From: a virus
IMG/VR virus record: IMGVR_UViG_3300032116_000144
Reading direction: 5' to 3' (one strand)
DNA: 64,000 bases
Shown here: positions 39,740 to 49,940 of the stretch, piece after piece
How the letters are laid out: each line of letters starts with the position of its first letter
Numbering within the stretch: the first letter of the stretch is position 1
Notes under the pieces: model-generated
Databases searched by the model: none
What the model was told of the DNA's origin: nothing
Seen by the model: only the letters and a program-made list of their open reading frames with translations
Made by a program: the position numbers and the translations under genes

Positions 39740-40537
39740 TTACCCTACCTTATAGGCATCAATAGCTTTCGCCACTTTTGCTAAATCGTTGGGCATTTTA
39801 TAAGGAAGGCAACCTTTGGGAGATTTTGCAGTCGTATAGCCGTCAGTATTTGTAATAAAATAATACTCCGGCTCGTCTTTACCCGCTACTTTCTCTGTGT
39901 GTGTAAATAAAACATAAGTAAACATACCTTCCAGACTTATTTTATCGTCCAGCAGATTACCAATAGTTTTAATTTTACGTCTTTGATTAACACCTTCCTT
40001 TACAACTTCATCATGTGTTAATACAAAAACTTTTATATCTGCTCTTAAATTCCTACTTTTATCTAATATATCGTAAGCATGACGAGCAAGTTCAGTATAC
40101 TTATCCCAACCTTTTTCATATGCTCTACGCATAAATTCATCTGCCATTAGATATTGGTAGTCATCAATAATAATATACTTTATATGAGGCATATTATCAC
40201 TAATATTTTGAAGAAGAGCTACTATAACATCAGATATATTACTGTTATAATAGTTACCTTTCTTTCCTTCTTCTGTTTTACTACTATAAGGTTTATATTT
40301 ATTCATCCAACCTCTAAAGGGTAAAGGTTTATTAGATAAATTAATATAAAAAGTCTCAGATGGATTTAAATTTTCTGTTGAAGTACTTTTACCACCGCCT
40401 GTCGGTCCAACTACTGCTATTAGTTCTGAACTATAACTCATTTGTATTATTTTAAGTAAATCTAGTATACTCTCTTGCTTCTCTATAATTATGTTCTGAC
40501 ATAGTATTAGGAAAATCTCTAAAATGACCACATTCAC
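39740..40537 (-). CDS. P-loop NTPase (replication/recombination-associated ATPase)
   Basis: VVGPTGGGKST Walker A and IIIDDYQYL Walker B-like. The annotated ORF overlaps DnaB-like gene by 86 nt, so the true start is probably the internal MSYSSE Met. Confidence 0.5.
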   Translation of the reverse strand: MNVVILEIFLILCQNIIIEKQESILDLLKIIQMSYSSELIAVVGPTGGGKSTSTENLNPSETFYINLSNKPLPFRGWMNKYKPYSSKTEEGKKGNYYNSNISDVIVALLQNISDNMPHIKYIIIDDYQYLMADEFMRRAYEKGWDKYTELARHAYDILDKSRNLRADIKVFVLTHDEVVKEGVNQRRKIKTIGNLLDDKISLEGMFTYVLFTHTEKVAGKDEPEYYFITNTDGYTTAKSPKGCLPYKMPNDLAKVAKAIDAYKVG

Positions 40538-41564
40538 CTAAAAAATTAAGATTTAGTGTTTTCATATCACTAGTATCTCGACTTTTTAAGATAGAAAGAG
40601 GTCTATATCTTCCTTGTAAACTAACTACATTTAATCCTGCATAAGTTGTTTCACCATAGCGTAAAGGATTAAATAAAGTCATTACAACTTCTGCGTCTTC
40701 AGATGCGTTACCTGTATTTTTAAAATCTTCAAGTTGAGGCGTAAGTTCTGTAAATCTACGCCTATCCATATCTGCTAAATCTCTATTAAATTGAGATATT
40801 GATACACGACTAACACCATATAAATTACGAAGTGTAATTGCATTTTCTGAATCATGATCTATAATTTCTTTTTTGTTTCGATAACTAGCAGTTATTTCAC
40901 CTTTATCATTTCTAATAGTTTCAGGACGTAATAGGCCAATATGATCTACTATTACAACAACAATTTCGTAAGAATCATTTGGAATATAAGTTTTAAATTT
41001 TAAATCTTGACCTCTTACATTTTTGATGATTTCTTTAGTAGTACCATTACGTTCCATATATTCTGATACTTCTTTATAAATACCATAAGGATTTATAGGT
41101 CTATCAAAAATATGAACCCAGTCCATCATTTTTTCTATGTAATCTCTACACATTTTTATCATCTCGTATTTTTCTTCACTTAATTGACTTCTACGAGAAT
41201 AAACTTCATTAATATCTATGATTATTTGATGTCTCTCAAACATTAATAAACATACCCATTTAGCTATTTTTCTTTTAGCAGCAATTTCTTGTGAATAATA
41301 AAATACTCGATATTTAATAAGTGGACCTTCTCTATAATTAGAAGATATTACATTATGTAAATAATTTTTATATGGTGATAAAACGAAAGCAAAATCCGCA
41401 AAAGCAGTTTTACCTGTTCCAGTATTTCCACCAATAAGATAATAAGTACCTCTTTGAACACCTCCTATTAAACCATCTAATTTAGCACTACCTGTACTTA
41501 AACCATAGTTTCTACCAGCTAAACCATCTTCAACATCTTGAAGAAAACCATCGAAATAATTCAT
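40452..41564 (-). CDS. DnaB-like replicative helicase
   Basis: GGNTGTGKTAFA (DnaB Walker A GxxxxGKTAFA) and VVIVDHIGLL (DnaB Walker B-like hhhDYLQLM region). 370 aa. Confidence 0.65.
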   Translation of the reverse strand: MNYFDGFLQDVEDGLAGRNYGLSTGSAKLDGLIGGVQRGTYYLIGGNTGTGKTAFADFAFVLSPYKNYLHNVISSNYREGPLIKYRVFYYSQEIAAKRKIAKWVCLLMFERHQIIIDINEVYSRRSQLSEEKYEMIKMCRDYIEKMMDWVHIFDRPINPYGIYKEVSEYMERNGTTKEIIKNVRGQDLKFKTYIPNDSYEIVVVIVDHIGLLRPETIRNDKGEITASYRNKKEIIDHDSENAITLRNLYGVSRVSISQFNRDLADMDRRRFTELTPQLEDFKNTGNASEDAEVVMTLFNPLRYGETTYAGLNVVSLQGRYRPLSILKSRDTSDMKTLNLNFLGECGHFRDFPNTMSEHNYREAREYTRFT

Positions 41565-42124
41565 AATGTTTGGAATATATTTTCTTTAGAACCTTTAGTT
41601 AATTCTTCTTCATAAAGATTCCATCTTCTATTTAAAATATAGTTCTCTATTTTTTCTTGTGCATAAGGCTTAGACTTAAACCAATTTTTAGTAATATTAA
41701 TTACTCTCTCATGGGCAATTCTATTCTTTTTATGACATTTTAAATAATCTTTAGCTATTTTAACTGGATCACCAGTTATTGCAGGAACCTTAGAACCATT
41801 TATAAGTAACCATTTTGGATAGACTTGACACAATTCTTCATAACTATCTTCTTCATCAATAACTATTCGCTTAATAAATCTATCTGATACAAGAAAATCA
41901 GTTATCATATAATCTCTATTTTGAGAAGCTATCCCAAAATCATCAAGCCATCCATAATCTATTAAATACTGAATTGCATTAACGTCAAAATCACCAAAAG
42001 TTTGTTTATACTTTTTAATATTTTCAACATCTTTTGTATAAACTAACCAAAGAATAAGAAAATGATTCTCACTCAAATGATTTTCTGTAAGAAAATTAAC
42101 ATATTTATTAATGTCTGCTATCAT
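41561..42124 (-). CDS. Hypothetical protein
   Basis: 187-aa ORF with 4-nt overlaps to both neighbours. Confidence 0.5.
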   Translation of the reverse strand: MIADINKYVNFLTENHLSENHFLILWLVYTKDVENIKKYKQTFGDFDVNAIQYLIDYGWLDDFGIASQNRDYMITDFLVSDRFIKRIVIDEEDSYEELCQVYPKWLLINGSKVPAITGDPVKIAKDYLKCHKKNRIAHERVINITKNWFKSKPYAQEKIENYILNRRWNLYEEELTKGSKENIFQTL

Positions 42125-42354
42125 ACAAAATCTTCTTCTATTTCTGCACTAAATATTTCTTTTTTATGCTCTTCTACAATATAAGCTTCTTCTATTTCAT
42201 GTAATCCATCTATAATATCTTTATTAGTATAAGATGTATTAAAATATTCTTGAAGTTTTTGCTTATAAATAGAAGTTGGAGTTAGAAAATTTAAAGATTC
42301 TCTACCCATTAAAATAGATAATCTTGTAGTAAGTAATTCTTTATTTATATTCAT
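42121..42354 (-). CDS. Small hypothetical protein
   Basis: 77 aa. Confidence 0.4.
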   Translation of the reverse strand: MNINKELLTTRLSILMGRESLNFLTPTSIYKQKLQEYFNTSYTNKDIIDGLHEIEEAYIVEEHKKEIFSAEIEEDFV

Positions 42355-43847
42355 AATATATCGGTTAAATTCTCAATCCAACGAACATTAATATCTCCTT
42401 TTTGACGCTTCTTTAACCAAGCTTCATCTTGAGTATTTTTAATATAAAGATTTACAATTTTAGCAACTTTACCTTCTATAAAACGAAGACCGCGCCCCAT
42501 TCGTTGAACATATTGTCTCTTTTTGCTAGAAGCGCTGCATATAATCGCACATTCAATACCTTCAATATTAAGTCCTTCATCTAAAGCTTTTGCGGTACAT
42601 AAAGTAGTAATTTCCTTATTCTCAAAAAGAGATAAAGCTATTTTACGTAATTTAATAGCACTGATCTTCTTTTCTTTATAATATTTAATAGGATAACCTT
42701 TTATTTCTTCAAAATTACCTATCTTACCATTATATTGAAGAGCAAGTTTTTTAGCTGCTGTTAATTGTTTACGATAAACAATTACTTCTTCTTTTTCAAA
42801 TCCTGGTTTTAAATTAGTATGATATGCTCTGGCCTTATCTCCTAACCTAGTGGCTAATTCATCTGCAAATTCCGTTGTTTCTGCAAATGTAATAGTTGAT
42901 ACATTAAGTAAATTAATAATTTCAATAGCTTTATCAATTTTACTATTATGTTTATATAAGAAATCTTTTCTATTTCTCATTGCCCAAGACCACTGATTTG
43001 CATATTTAGCAATATTTTGTGGACTCCACGGATGATCTGCTTCTTTATTCCAACCTTGTTCTTGAGCATACCAGCTTCTCCATTCTGCACCTGTTTTCCA
43101 AACTCCATTAACTTTTGCATAATTACTTGCACCAACAGAACAAGCTTGAGCTAATTCCCAATTATGTTCTCCGTTATTATGAAAATTAAATTTAGAGTAA
43201 TTAGAGTTATGAATATCATTAAGCCTAGCATATTTTTCAGACTCTTCTGGATTTAATTCTATACCTATATTATATACAATATAATCAGAAATATAATTAA
43301 ATCTTTTCGCTTCACTTAATGTTACTTTATCAATAATTGGTATTTGTAATCTTTCTAGAACATTTTTCTCTTTATCATCTAAAGTAGCTGATAAACCTAA
43401 AAACATTTTAAATTTAGTACACTTAATTGTTTGGTTAAACATTAAAGCATCATCAGAAAGATAATTATGAACTTCATCACATACTAATAAATCACATTCC
43501 CAATTTGTTTGACGAGATTGATATTGTAATACATAAGTATTTACAACATAAACAGATACATTTTTTAATTTAAAAGTTTCAACATTATCTTCCCAATCTT
43601 TTAATAATTTAATAGATGGAACAACAATATTGATTTTAGCATCAGGATATTTTAAATTTAAACGATAAATTGTAATAATTGCAACCATCGTTTTTCCAAA
43701 ACCAGTTACAGCTTCTAGAACTCCTATTCCATTATGCTTAAACCAATTAGTTATTATAGATAGTTGACGTTTTAATTTATCTTCATGTACTTTAATAATA
43801 CCTAATTGTTTAAACCAATTAAGAACTAATTCTAAATACTGATCCAT
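42351..43847 (-). CDS. Superfamily 2 DNA/RNA helicase
   Basis: 498 aa. EAVTGFGKTMVAI Walker A, LLVCDEVH (DExH box), C-terminal QRMGRGLR helicase motif VI-like. Confidence 0.7.
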   Translation of the reverse strand: MDQYLELVLNWFKQLGIIKVHEDKLKRQLSIITNWFKHNGIGVLEAVTGFGKTMVAIITIYRLNLKYPDAKINIVVPSIKLLKDWEDNVETFKLKNVSVYVVNTYVLQYQSRQTNWECDLLVCDEVHNYLSDDALMFNQTIKCTKFKMFLGLSATLDDKEKNVLERLQIPIIDKVTLSEAKRFNYISDYIVYNIGIELNPEESEKYARLNDIHNSNYSKFNFHNNGEHNWELAQACSVGASNYAKVNGVWKTGAEWRSWYAQEQGWNKEADHPWSPQNIAKYANQWSWAMRNRKDFLYKHNSKIDKAIEIINLLNVSTITFAETTEFADELATRLGDKARAYHTNLKPGFEKEEVIVYRKQLTAAKKLALQYNGKIGNFEEIKGYPIKYYKEKKISAIKLRKIALSLFENKEITTLCTAKALDEGLNIEGIECAIICSASSKKRQYVQRMGRGLRFIEGKVAKIVNLYIKNTQDEAWLKKRQKGDINVRWIENLTDIL

Positions 43848-43849
43848 AT

Positions 43850-44068
43850 CTATACTATTGCATTTTTAATAAAATCTAATTTAGCAATAAACTCTTCTGG
43901 TGTAGACATAACCCAATCATTATAAATAGATGGATAACAATTAAAAATATTAATACCAAAACGAGAGCCGTCTTTATTACGGTAAATAGATACAGATTTT
44001 TTAGTTTCTGTATCTACTTTAGCGTAATATTTAGTTAGAGTATCTTCTTTTTTATAGTAGTTAATCAT
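43850..44068 (-). CDS. Small hypothetical protein
   Basis: 72 aa. Confidence 0.4.
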   Translation of the reverse strand: MINYYKKEDTLTKYYAKVDTETKKSVSIYRNKDGSRFGINIFNCYPSIYNDWVMSTPEEFIAKLDFIKNAIV

Positions 44069-44453
44069 ATGTAAATAATATTACATTTCCTTTACCAACT
44101 CTTACAACATCTAATAAATAAGCTAATACTCTTTGCTTAGCTGTATTTTGATTATATTTCCAATGAAAATAATCCACTGCTCTCCCATCATTTATTTGAG
44201 ATATTAAAGATTCACCAGGTGCACTTTGTCTAATATAAATTTCTTGTTCATGTAAAAATACATTATTTATGTTACTAATATTAGCTCTAGGACTAGAATT
44301 ATTAAAAAGTATCTTAGATAAATGACCTATACTACAACAATTATCTTTTTCTTGCTCATATGCACCAGTTATAAATTTATCTTCTGGTATCTGTAATAAT
44401 ATATCTAATGCTTCTTCATAAGTAATATTAATTCCTTCATTTTTCATTTTCAA
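44061..44453 (-). CDS. Hypothetical protein
   Basis: 130 aa. Confidence 0.45.
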   Translation of the reverse strand: MKMKNEGINITYEEALDILLQIPEDKFITGAYEQEKDNCCSIGHLSKILFNNSSPRANISNINNVFLHEQEIYIRQSAPGESLISQINDGRAVDYFHWKYNQNTAKQRVLAYLLDVVRVGKGNVILFTYD

Positions 44454-45018
44454 CTAATTTATAACCAATATAATCTAATATTCCATTAGTTTTAATATCA
44501 GAACCATAAAATCCCCAACAAGAATCTTCTTCTTTTAGTTTAACAGTTTCTTCGGATTTCTCTCTAAAATCTTCTAACCATATACATTCTTGGTTCTTAC
44601 AAGAATTATCAATTATTTTATTTACTTTATCCTCTGAAATATTATAATATTTAACTTTCTTAAATACTTTAAAACCCCAAACATCACCAGATAAATACTG
44701 ATTCCAAGTTTCAATTAAACCTTCTGCATATTCTTTAGCAATTTGTTCTTTAGTCTTACTTTTATCCTTTTCTGTAATAAATACGCTGTCTTTATGAACT
44801 AAAATAAAACCAGTAACACTAGTATCCCAACCTTGTCTTTGTAAAGAATCAGTAAGATTTAATACAATATCACTATGAATATAAGCAGCAACAGGAAAAA
44901 CATAATATCCTTCATAATCTAATGTTCTAAAAGAAGTTCCATACCATTCAGCAATATCCTCTGGTGCAAATCCTTTTCTTTTTACAGTGAATTGTCTGTG
45001 GTCATATACAAGAAACAT
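44437..45018 (-). CDS. Hypothetical protein
   Basis: 193 aa. Confidence 0.45.
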   Translation of the reverse strand: MFLVYDHRQFTVKRKGFAPEDIAEWYGTSFRTLDYEGYYVFPVAAYIHSDIVLNLTDSLQRQGWDTSVTGFILVHKDSVFITEKDKSKTKEQIAKEYAEGLIETWNQYLSGDVWGFKVFKKVKYYNISEDKVNKIIDNSCKNQECIWLEDFREKSEETVKLKEEDSCWGFYGSDIKTNGILDYIGYKLVENEK

Positions 45019-45130
45019 ATCAGTATCTTCCCAATTATCAGGAGATTTAGAATCATTATCTTAATATATCCTTAAAATTCTATCTTGTTCTAACTGATAC
45101 TCTTTTTCAAATTGTTCTTTTTGTTGTTCA

Positions 45131-46417
45131 TTATTCTCCATCTGATCTAATATGTTTAACTAATATTTCAGTATCTTTATGTCTTACAACACCCTGAGTA
45201 GGCAATCCATCATTACTTCTTGTAAAAAATCTAACAGTAGCTTTCTTACCTTTAAACTTATCTATATTATAGAACCAATACTCTTTTTGCTTTTCTGTTC
45301 CAGTAGGTCTAGATTTAAATATTAAATCATTAATATTGTTCTTTAATACAAAATAAAAAGACTCACCAATAGATTTATTTTCATCATTACCACAAGCAAT
45401 AATTTCAAATTCTTCGTCTTGATATTCTTTTATTTTAATCAATGAATATGATCTAGTATTAAATTCATAAATACCCATAGGATTTCTTAGAATGGCACCT
45501 TCATATCCTTGTGATACATAATAATTATGCACCATTTCAGCTTCTTCTTTACTGTAGATTTTTTTACTTTCTACAAATTTAATAGAAAGTAAATCAAAAG
45601 AATATTTTTGATTAATGGTTAATAATAAATCACGTTCTCTTTGTGATGCTTTACTATCAATCAATGAAATAACATCATAAATATGATATTCTAACCAACT
45701 ATTAGAAGCAAACATTCCATTTTCTTCTTTTCTAGCTGCTCCAGAAATTTCTTGAAGAGGAATCCCATGTTTGTAAATTTCACCATCTAATAATAAAGAA
45801 CTATAACCAGCATTTCCTAAACGTTTTAAAAATATAGTAAGATCGTTTATTAAATGAGGTATTTGATAATATTGACCACCTCTACTAATTAAAACAGCAT
45901 CTAGGTTTTTTTTTTTTACTAAACATCTAACACCATCTAACTTAGGTTGAATAATGTAAGGAAAATTTAATACCTTTACATCTTTTATCTTATGTGCAAG
46001 CATTGGTAATTCATCCCAGTTACTATTTGTATAAGCAAAATTAGGTATATAGTTAATAGCTTTTGCTAATATTTCTTGTTCTGTGATATTGTAATTTACT
46101 TGAATTATATTAAACTCCAATAATCTTTTAACAAGGTCATCTAGAGATTTATATCCTTCATCTAATTTTTGTCTCCACAAAGCGTTTAACTGAAATATAG
46201 CCTGCTCATAAACATTTCTTTTTTGTTTACCTTTTTTAACTAATTCCATCTTAGGAGTAAGTTTACCATCTATTAAACCTGTTTCAGTTTTAATAGCATA
46301 TCCATCTTCTGTTGAACTAGCTACAACACTAGCTTTAAATATTCTAACTTTATTAAAAGAATCTAATGTGTATAAAGTAGGTAATACATTTGCTACTACA
46401 TCAGCCATATTATTCAA
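45131..46417 (-). CDS. ATP-dependent DNA ligase
   Basis: 428 aa. KLDGVRCL (ligase/adenylyltransferase motif I KxDG) with downstream nucleotidyltransferase-like spacing. Contains a 12-nt A-run in the coding strand (45906..45917). Confidence 0.7.
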   Translation of the reverse strand: MNNMADVVANVLPTLYTLDSFNKVRIFKASVVASSTEDGYAIKTETGLIDGKLTPKMELVKKGKQKRNVYEQAIFQLNALWRQKLDEGYKSLDDLVKRLLEFNIIQVNYNITEQEILAKAINYIPNFAYTNSNWDELPMLAHKIKDVKVLNFPYIIQPKLDGVRCLVKKKNLDAVLISRGGQYYQIPHLINDLTIFLKRLGNAGYSSLLLDGEIYKHGIPLQEISGAARKEENGMFASNSWLEYHIYDVISLIDSKASQRERDLLLTINQKYSFDLLSIKFVESKKIYSKEEAEMVHNYYVSQGYEGAILRNPMGIYEFNTRSYSLIKIKEYQDEEFEIIACGNDENKSIGESFYFVLKNNINDLIFKSRPTGTEKQKEYWFYNIDKFKGKKATVRFFTRSNDGLPTQGVVRHKDTEILVKHIRSDGE

Positions 46418-46730
46418 TTTTTAATTCTTCAAATTTAATTTTTTTATCTACAGGAACATTTTCTCTTAATTCTAGAGTTACTACTCTAGAGTTCATAGGA
46501 TCATAATGATCTTTACCTGTTTCATCAATAGAGACTACGACAGGAATTTTAGGTGTAGTGTCTTGTGTAGGTCGCCAATTAACAACTTCCATACATTTAG
46601 TACAATAAAGACCAAACATTCCTTGTAGATTAAATTTATCAGTAGGTGGATTACCACCACAATCTCCACAATTTGCTATTCTTTCGGCTCTAACTTTTTT
46701 AAAAAAACTATGCTCTGGTTTTTTTGCCAT
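46410..46730 (-). CDS. Zinc-ribbon protein
   Basis: 106 aa with CGDCGG ... CTKCMEV Cys4 arrangement. Confidence 0.45.
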   Translation of the reverse strand: MAKKPEHSFFKKVRAERIANCGDCGGNPPTDKFNLQGMFGLYCTKCMEVVNWRPTQDTTPKIPVVVSIDETGKDHYDPMNSRVVTLELRENVPVDKKIKFEELKIE

Positions 46731-46906
46731 ATAATATCTTCTTCTATAAGTACAACGGTTATATTAAATTTTTTAGAAAATAAACTACGATTAATTTTAT
46801 TTTCTTTTCTTAAATTATGAGAGTGTTTAAATCTAAAATAGTTATTAACAACAGTTATAGTTTTAGCTTGCGCTACCAACTCTCCATTATGATATACGTT
46901 AATCAT
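46676..46906 (-). CDS. Small hypothetical protein
   Basis: 76 aa, overlaps upstream ORF. Confidence 0.3.
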   Translation of the reverse strand: MINVYHNGELVAQAKTITVVNNYFRFKHSHNLRKENKINRSLFSKKFNITVVLIEEDIIWQKNQSIVFLKKLEPKE

Positions 46907-46909
46907 TAA

Positions 46910-49195
46910 TTAATCTTTATGCCAACAATGTCCAGTATGTCCTGAAACTTCCATTTCTATTTCATTTAAATATAAGTTACAAGTATTAGTAACTACCTGA
47001 CCAATTTGTTTTGCAAATTTTTCTGCTTCTTGTAAATTATTAGCTTTATGTGCAAATACAATTTCATCATGTACTTGTAATAACCACCTAAAATTATCCC
47101 GTCTATTTGATCCAAATTGATTATTCACAAATCTATGAATATTAACCATAGACTCTTTAATCATATCGGCTTGAGTGCCACTAATACCATAATTTTTACA
47201 AGCACGCTTAATAGCAGACTTATCTTTTTGAGATAACTCAATACCTTTTCTTTGTGCGTCTAACCAAGTTTCAAACCAATGTCTAGAATTAGTTCTTTCA
47301 TTAAATATTAAATAACCATTCTTAACACCAAAATTTGATATTCTATCTAGATACGCAAAAGCTTCAGGTAAGGATTCTCTCATAGCTTCTAAAGCAAGCT
47401 TGGCATAATAAGGTGCAATATTTAGTGTTTCAGCAACTTTCTCTTCTCCTGCACCATAATTAATACCATATACGATATTTTTAACAGGATTTCTAATATC
47501 AGGATATTTTTTCTTATCTATTTTAAACTCCTTTTGACTTAATGCTAATTCTATACGTTCATTATGAATTTGAGATAACTCTAAATAAGTAAATTTTCTC
47601 TTCTTTTTAACACCATTTTCCTCATATTCATGCTCATAGTCTTGCTGTAATCTATTTACAACTAATAATTGAGCAATTTCATCATATGCTCTATTAGAAG
47701 ACATTGTATTTTTAATATAAGAAATAATTTTAGTATAGATAGCACTAGCAAGATAACAATGAAGATCCGCTTTCTCTTTTAAAAGCTTAATCAAAGTTTT
47801 ATCTCTACTATTACTAGCAAGAATAACTAATTCTGCACTACTCAAATCATAAGTAGAAACATACCAACCATTAGCTATTTCTTCTTGTGTTAAAGTAAAA
47901 CAGTTTCTATATTTATTATCTTTTATAATTTGTTGGCTATTATAAAAACCATTTTTAACATCACCAGAAGATAAACGACCATTTTTAGTAAATTCTTGTT
48001 TATATATAGTATGAACTTTTCCAGTTTTACTATTATAATAACCAATTTTAGATTTTTTTGAACCTGGCTTACGTATTAACTCTTTAAGAAATATTTCTCC
48101 AAAAGAATTAATAGCTTTTTCATATTTTCTATACTCTAATAATTTATTAATAAATGGTAAAACCTTAGAACTAGGATATTCTATCTTATATTGTTCAAGT
48201 GCTTCTTCTGCAAATGAATTCTTTTTTGCTTTAAAATCTTCTTCTTTACCTTCTCTATCTTGTTTTTGAGGAATTGGTTCTCCTAAAATAGTAAATAATT
48301 TAACTAATTGTTTAGTTGAAGAATAAGAAACATTTCTTTTATTTTCATTAGATATACTTACAGACTGACCAAAAAAAGATAACTGTTCTAATTCTACTTT
48401 TTTTCTTTTATTAGTCCATAAACCACCTTTTAATTTAGGATGATCTTTAGAAAATTTTACAATTTCTTCATCTAATTTTAATTCAATTTGAAACTTTTTA
48501 CTTTTATTTTCATTTAAAACCTCCAACCACTTATTACTATCTAAAGTAAATCCATTAACGCACATTTCCCCTAGTATTGGAACTAAAGGATCACCTATTT
48601 CATATACTCTTCTCTCTAATTTATACTGACTAATCAGTGGTTTTTGTTTTTCTAAAATAGGAAATAAACAAATAGGATCGTATGCAGAATAATAAATATG
48701 CTCCCATTGAAATTTAGGATTATATTTCATTTTAATAAAATCATCTCTAGTAGATTTACTCATTGGCATAAACGCATTAAGACGTCTAAAATGAGTTTCT
48801 TCTAAAGATGCAGATCGTCCACTACCTCTTCCTAGAATTTGTTCATGTATCATAGTATCTATAATATTATCAATATCTAAAGATACTCCATATTGCTGAT
48901 TTAAAATCTTCCAATCATATTGTGCGTTATGAAAAATTAGTTTTTTACCTGTAAAATTAATATCTTTTAAAAATTCAGTACCTATTGTTGTAATATCTAC
49001 AACAAAACTGTCTTTACCGTCAGAAATTTGAAACAATAATGGTGTAGCATTTATAGGATTAATGCTATTATTTTCTGTATCACATCCTAATAAAGTACTA
49101 TTTGTAATTGCTTCCTTCATTTTAGCTAAATTTCCCACAATTTCTATTTCAGGGTGGTTCCAACTTTGAGCTTTAGCAGTAATGAAGTAATACAT
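46910..49195 (-). CDS. Family A DNA polymerase with N-terminal 3'-5' proofreading exonuclease
   Basis: 761 aa. LLGCDTE (Exo I DxE), KNIVYGINYGAGEE (Pol A motif B-like K..YG) and LLQVHDEIVF (motif C VHDE). Confidence 0.8.
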   Translation of the reverse strand: MYYFITAKAQSWNHPEIEIVGNLAKMKEAITNSTLLGCDTENNSINPINATPLLFQISDGKDSFVVDITTIGTEFLKDINFTGKKLIFHNAQYDWKILNQQYGVSLDIDNIIDTMIHEQILGRGSGRSASLEETHFRRLNAFMPMSKSTRDDFIKMKYNPKFQWEHIYYSAYDPICLFPILEKQKPLISQYKLERRVYEIGDPLVPILGEMCVNGFTLDSNKWLEVLNENKSKKFQIELKLDEEIVKFSKDHPKLKGGLWTNKRKKVELEQLSFFGQSVSISNENKRNVSYSSTKQLVKLFTILGEPIPQKQDREGKEEDFKAKKNSFAEEALEQYKIEYPSSKVLPFINKLLEYRKYEKAINSFGEIFLKELIRKPGSKKSKIGYYNSKTGKVHTIYKQEFTKNGRLSSGDVKNGFYNSQQIIKDNKYRNCFTLTQEEIANGWYVSTYDLSSAELVILASNSRDKTLIKLLKEKADLHCYLASAIYTKIISYIKNTMSSNRAYDEIAQLLVVNRLQQDYEHEYEENGVKKKRKFTYLELSQIHNERIELALSQKEFKIDKKKYPDIRNPVKNIVYGINYGAGEEKVAETLNIAPYYAKLALEAMRESLPEAFAYLDRISNFGVKNGYLIFNERTNSRHWFETWLDAQRKGIELSQKDKSAIKRACKNYGISGTQADMIKESMVNIHRFVNNQFGSNRRDNFRWLLQVHDEIVFAHKANNLQEAEKFAKQIGQVVTNTCNLYLNEIEMEVSGHTGHCWHKD

Positions 49196-49259
49196 AGATT
49201 AAAAATTTGTTTTTATCGAAACCTTTCTTAATTTTGTGTCGTTATTAAACAAAGAAAAT

Positions 49260-49382
49260 ATGAGCCTTACAGTAATAAATATCGGGTCTAAGCGTGGTCG
49301 TAGGACTGTTTCAAAGAAAACCGCTTTAGAGCAAATTAAACGCGCTCTGGCCCTTCATAAAGCAGGAGTAGTATTAGTGTAG
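49260..49382 (+). CDS. Isolated 40-aa basic ORF on the + strand inside the minus-strand block
   Basis: ATG 49260 to TAG 49382, translating to MSLTVINIGSKRGRRTVSKKTALEQIKRALALHKAGVVLV. Locally GC-rich. Hairpin gtaggat(15-nt loop)atcctac overlaps the stop. Confidence 0.3.
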   Translation: MSLTVINIGSKRGRRTVSKKTALEQIKRALALHKAGVVLV

Positions 49383-49415
49383 GATAGTAAACGTTATGAA
49401 ATCCTACACTAAATA

Positions 49416-49940
49416 CTATTGTACTAACCGTATATTTCTAAATTCGGCTAGTTGAACAATTACAACGTAATCAATATAAATTCCCCATTTCTTTGCTTCA
49501 CGTCTAGTATCTTTACTAATCTCATTATCAAGTGTATTTAATTTACACTCTTCCCAAGTTCTAGACATAATTAACTCTTTTGTTTTAGCCATAGCTATAT
49601 CATCAATAGCATCAGTAACATCTCTTACATCAAGTAAGTACTTTTTTATACTCTCTTCTGTATCATCTACTTTATATTTAATTACTAAAGCTGTAGTAAT
49701 TGTTTTACCATCTTTCGTAGTTAATGATTGAGGTTTAGTAGATATAGTTTCAGTTGCTATTGGTACTGTATATAACTTATCGGATATAGGTCTTTTTATC
49801 TTTAAACCGGGTCCAACTACCTTATGATACTTTCCCCATCGAAGTATTAAACCTCTTTCATATTCATCAATAACACAAAAAGGCCATATAGATTCCCAAA
49901 AATCTTTAATTACTTCAAGGAGTTGTACTAAAAAATCCAT
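49416..49940 (-). CDS. SPFH / band-7 (stomatin-prohibitin-HflK/C-like) domain protein
   Basis: 174 aa. ERGLILRWGKYHKVVGPGLKIKRPISDKLYTVPI ... TKDGKTITTALVIKYKVDD ... AKKWGIYIDYVVIVQL follows the SPFH core pattern (R.GK...V.GPGL...P..D.V ... TKD...V.V.AVV.YRV.D ... WGI.V..V.I). Confidence 0.6.
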   Translation of the reverse strand: MDFLVQLLEVIKDFWESIWPFCVIDEYERGLILRWGKYHKVVGPGLKIKRPISDKLYTVPIATETISTKPQSLTTKDGKTITTALVIKYKVDDTEESIKKYLLDVRDVTDAIDDIAMAKTKELIMSRTWEECKLNTLDNEISKDTRREAKKWGIYIDYVVIVQLAEFRNIRLVQ

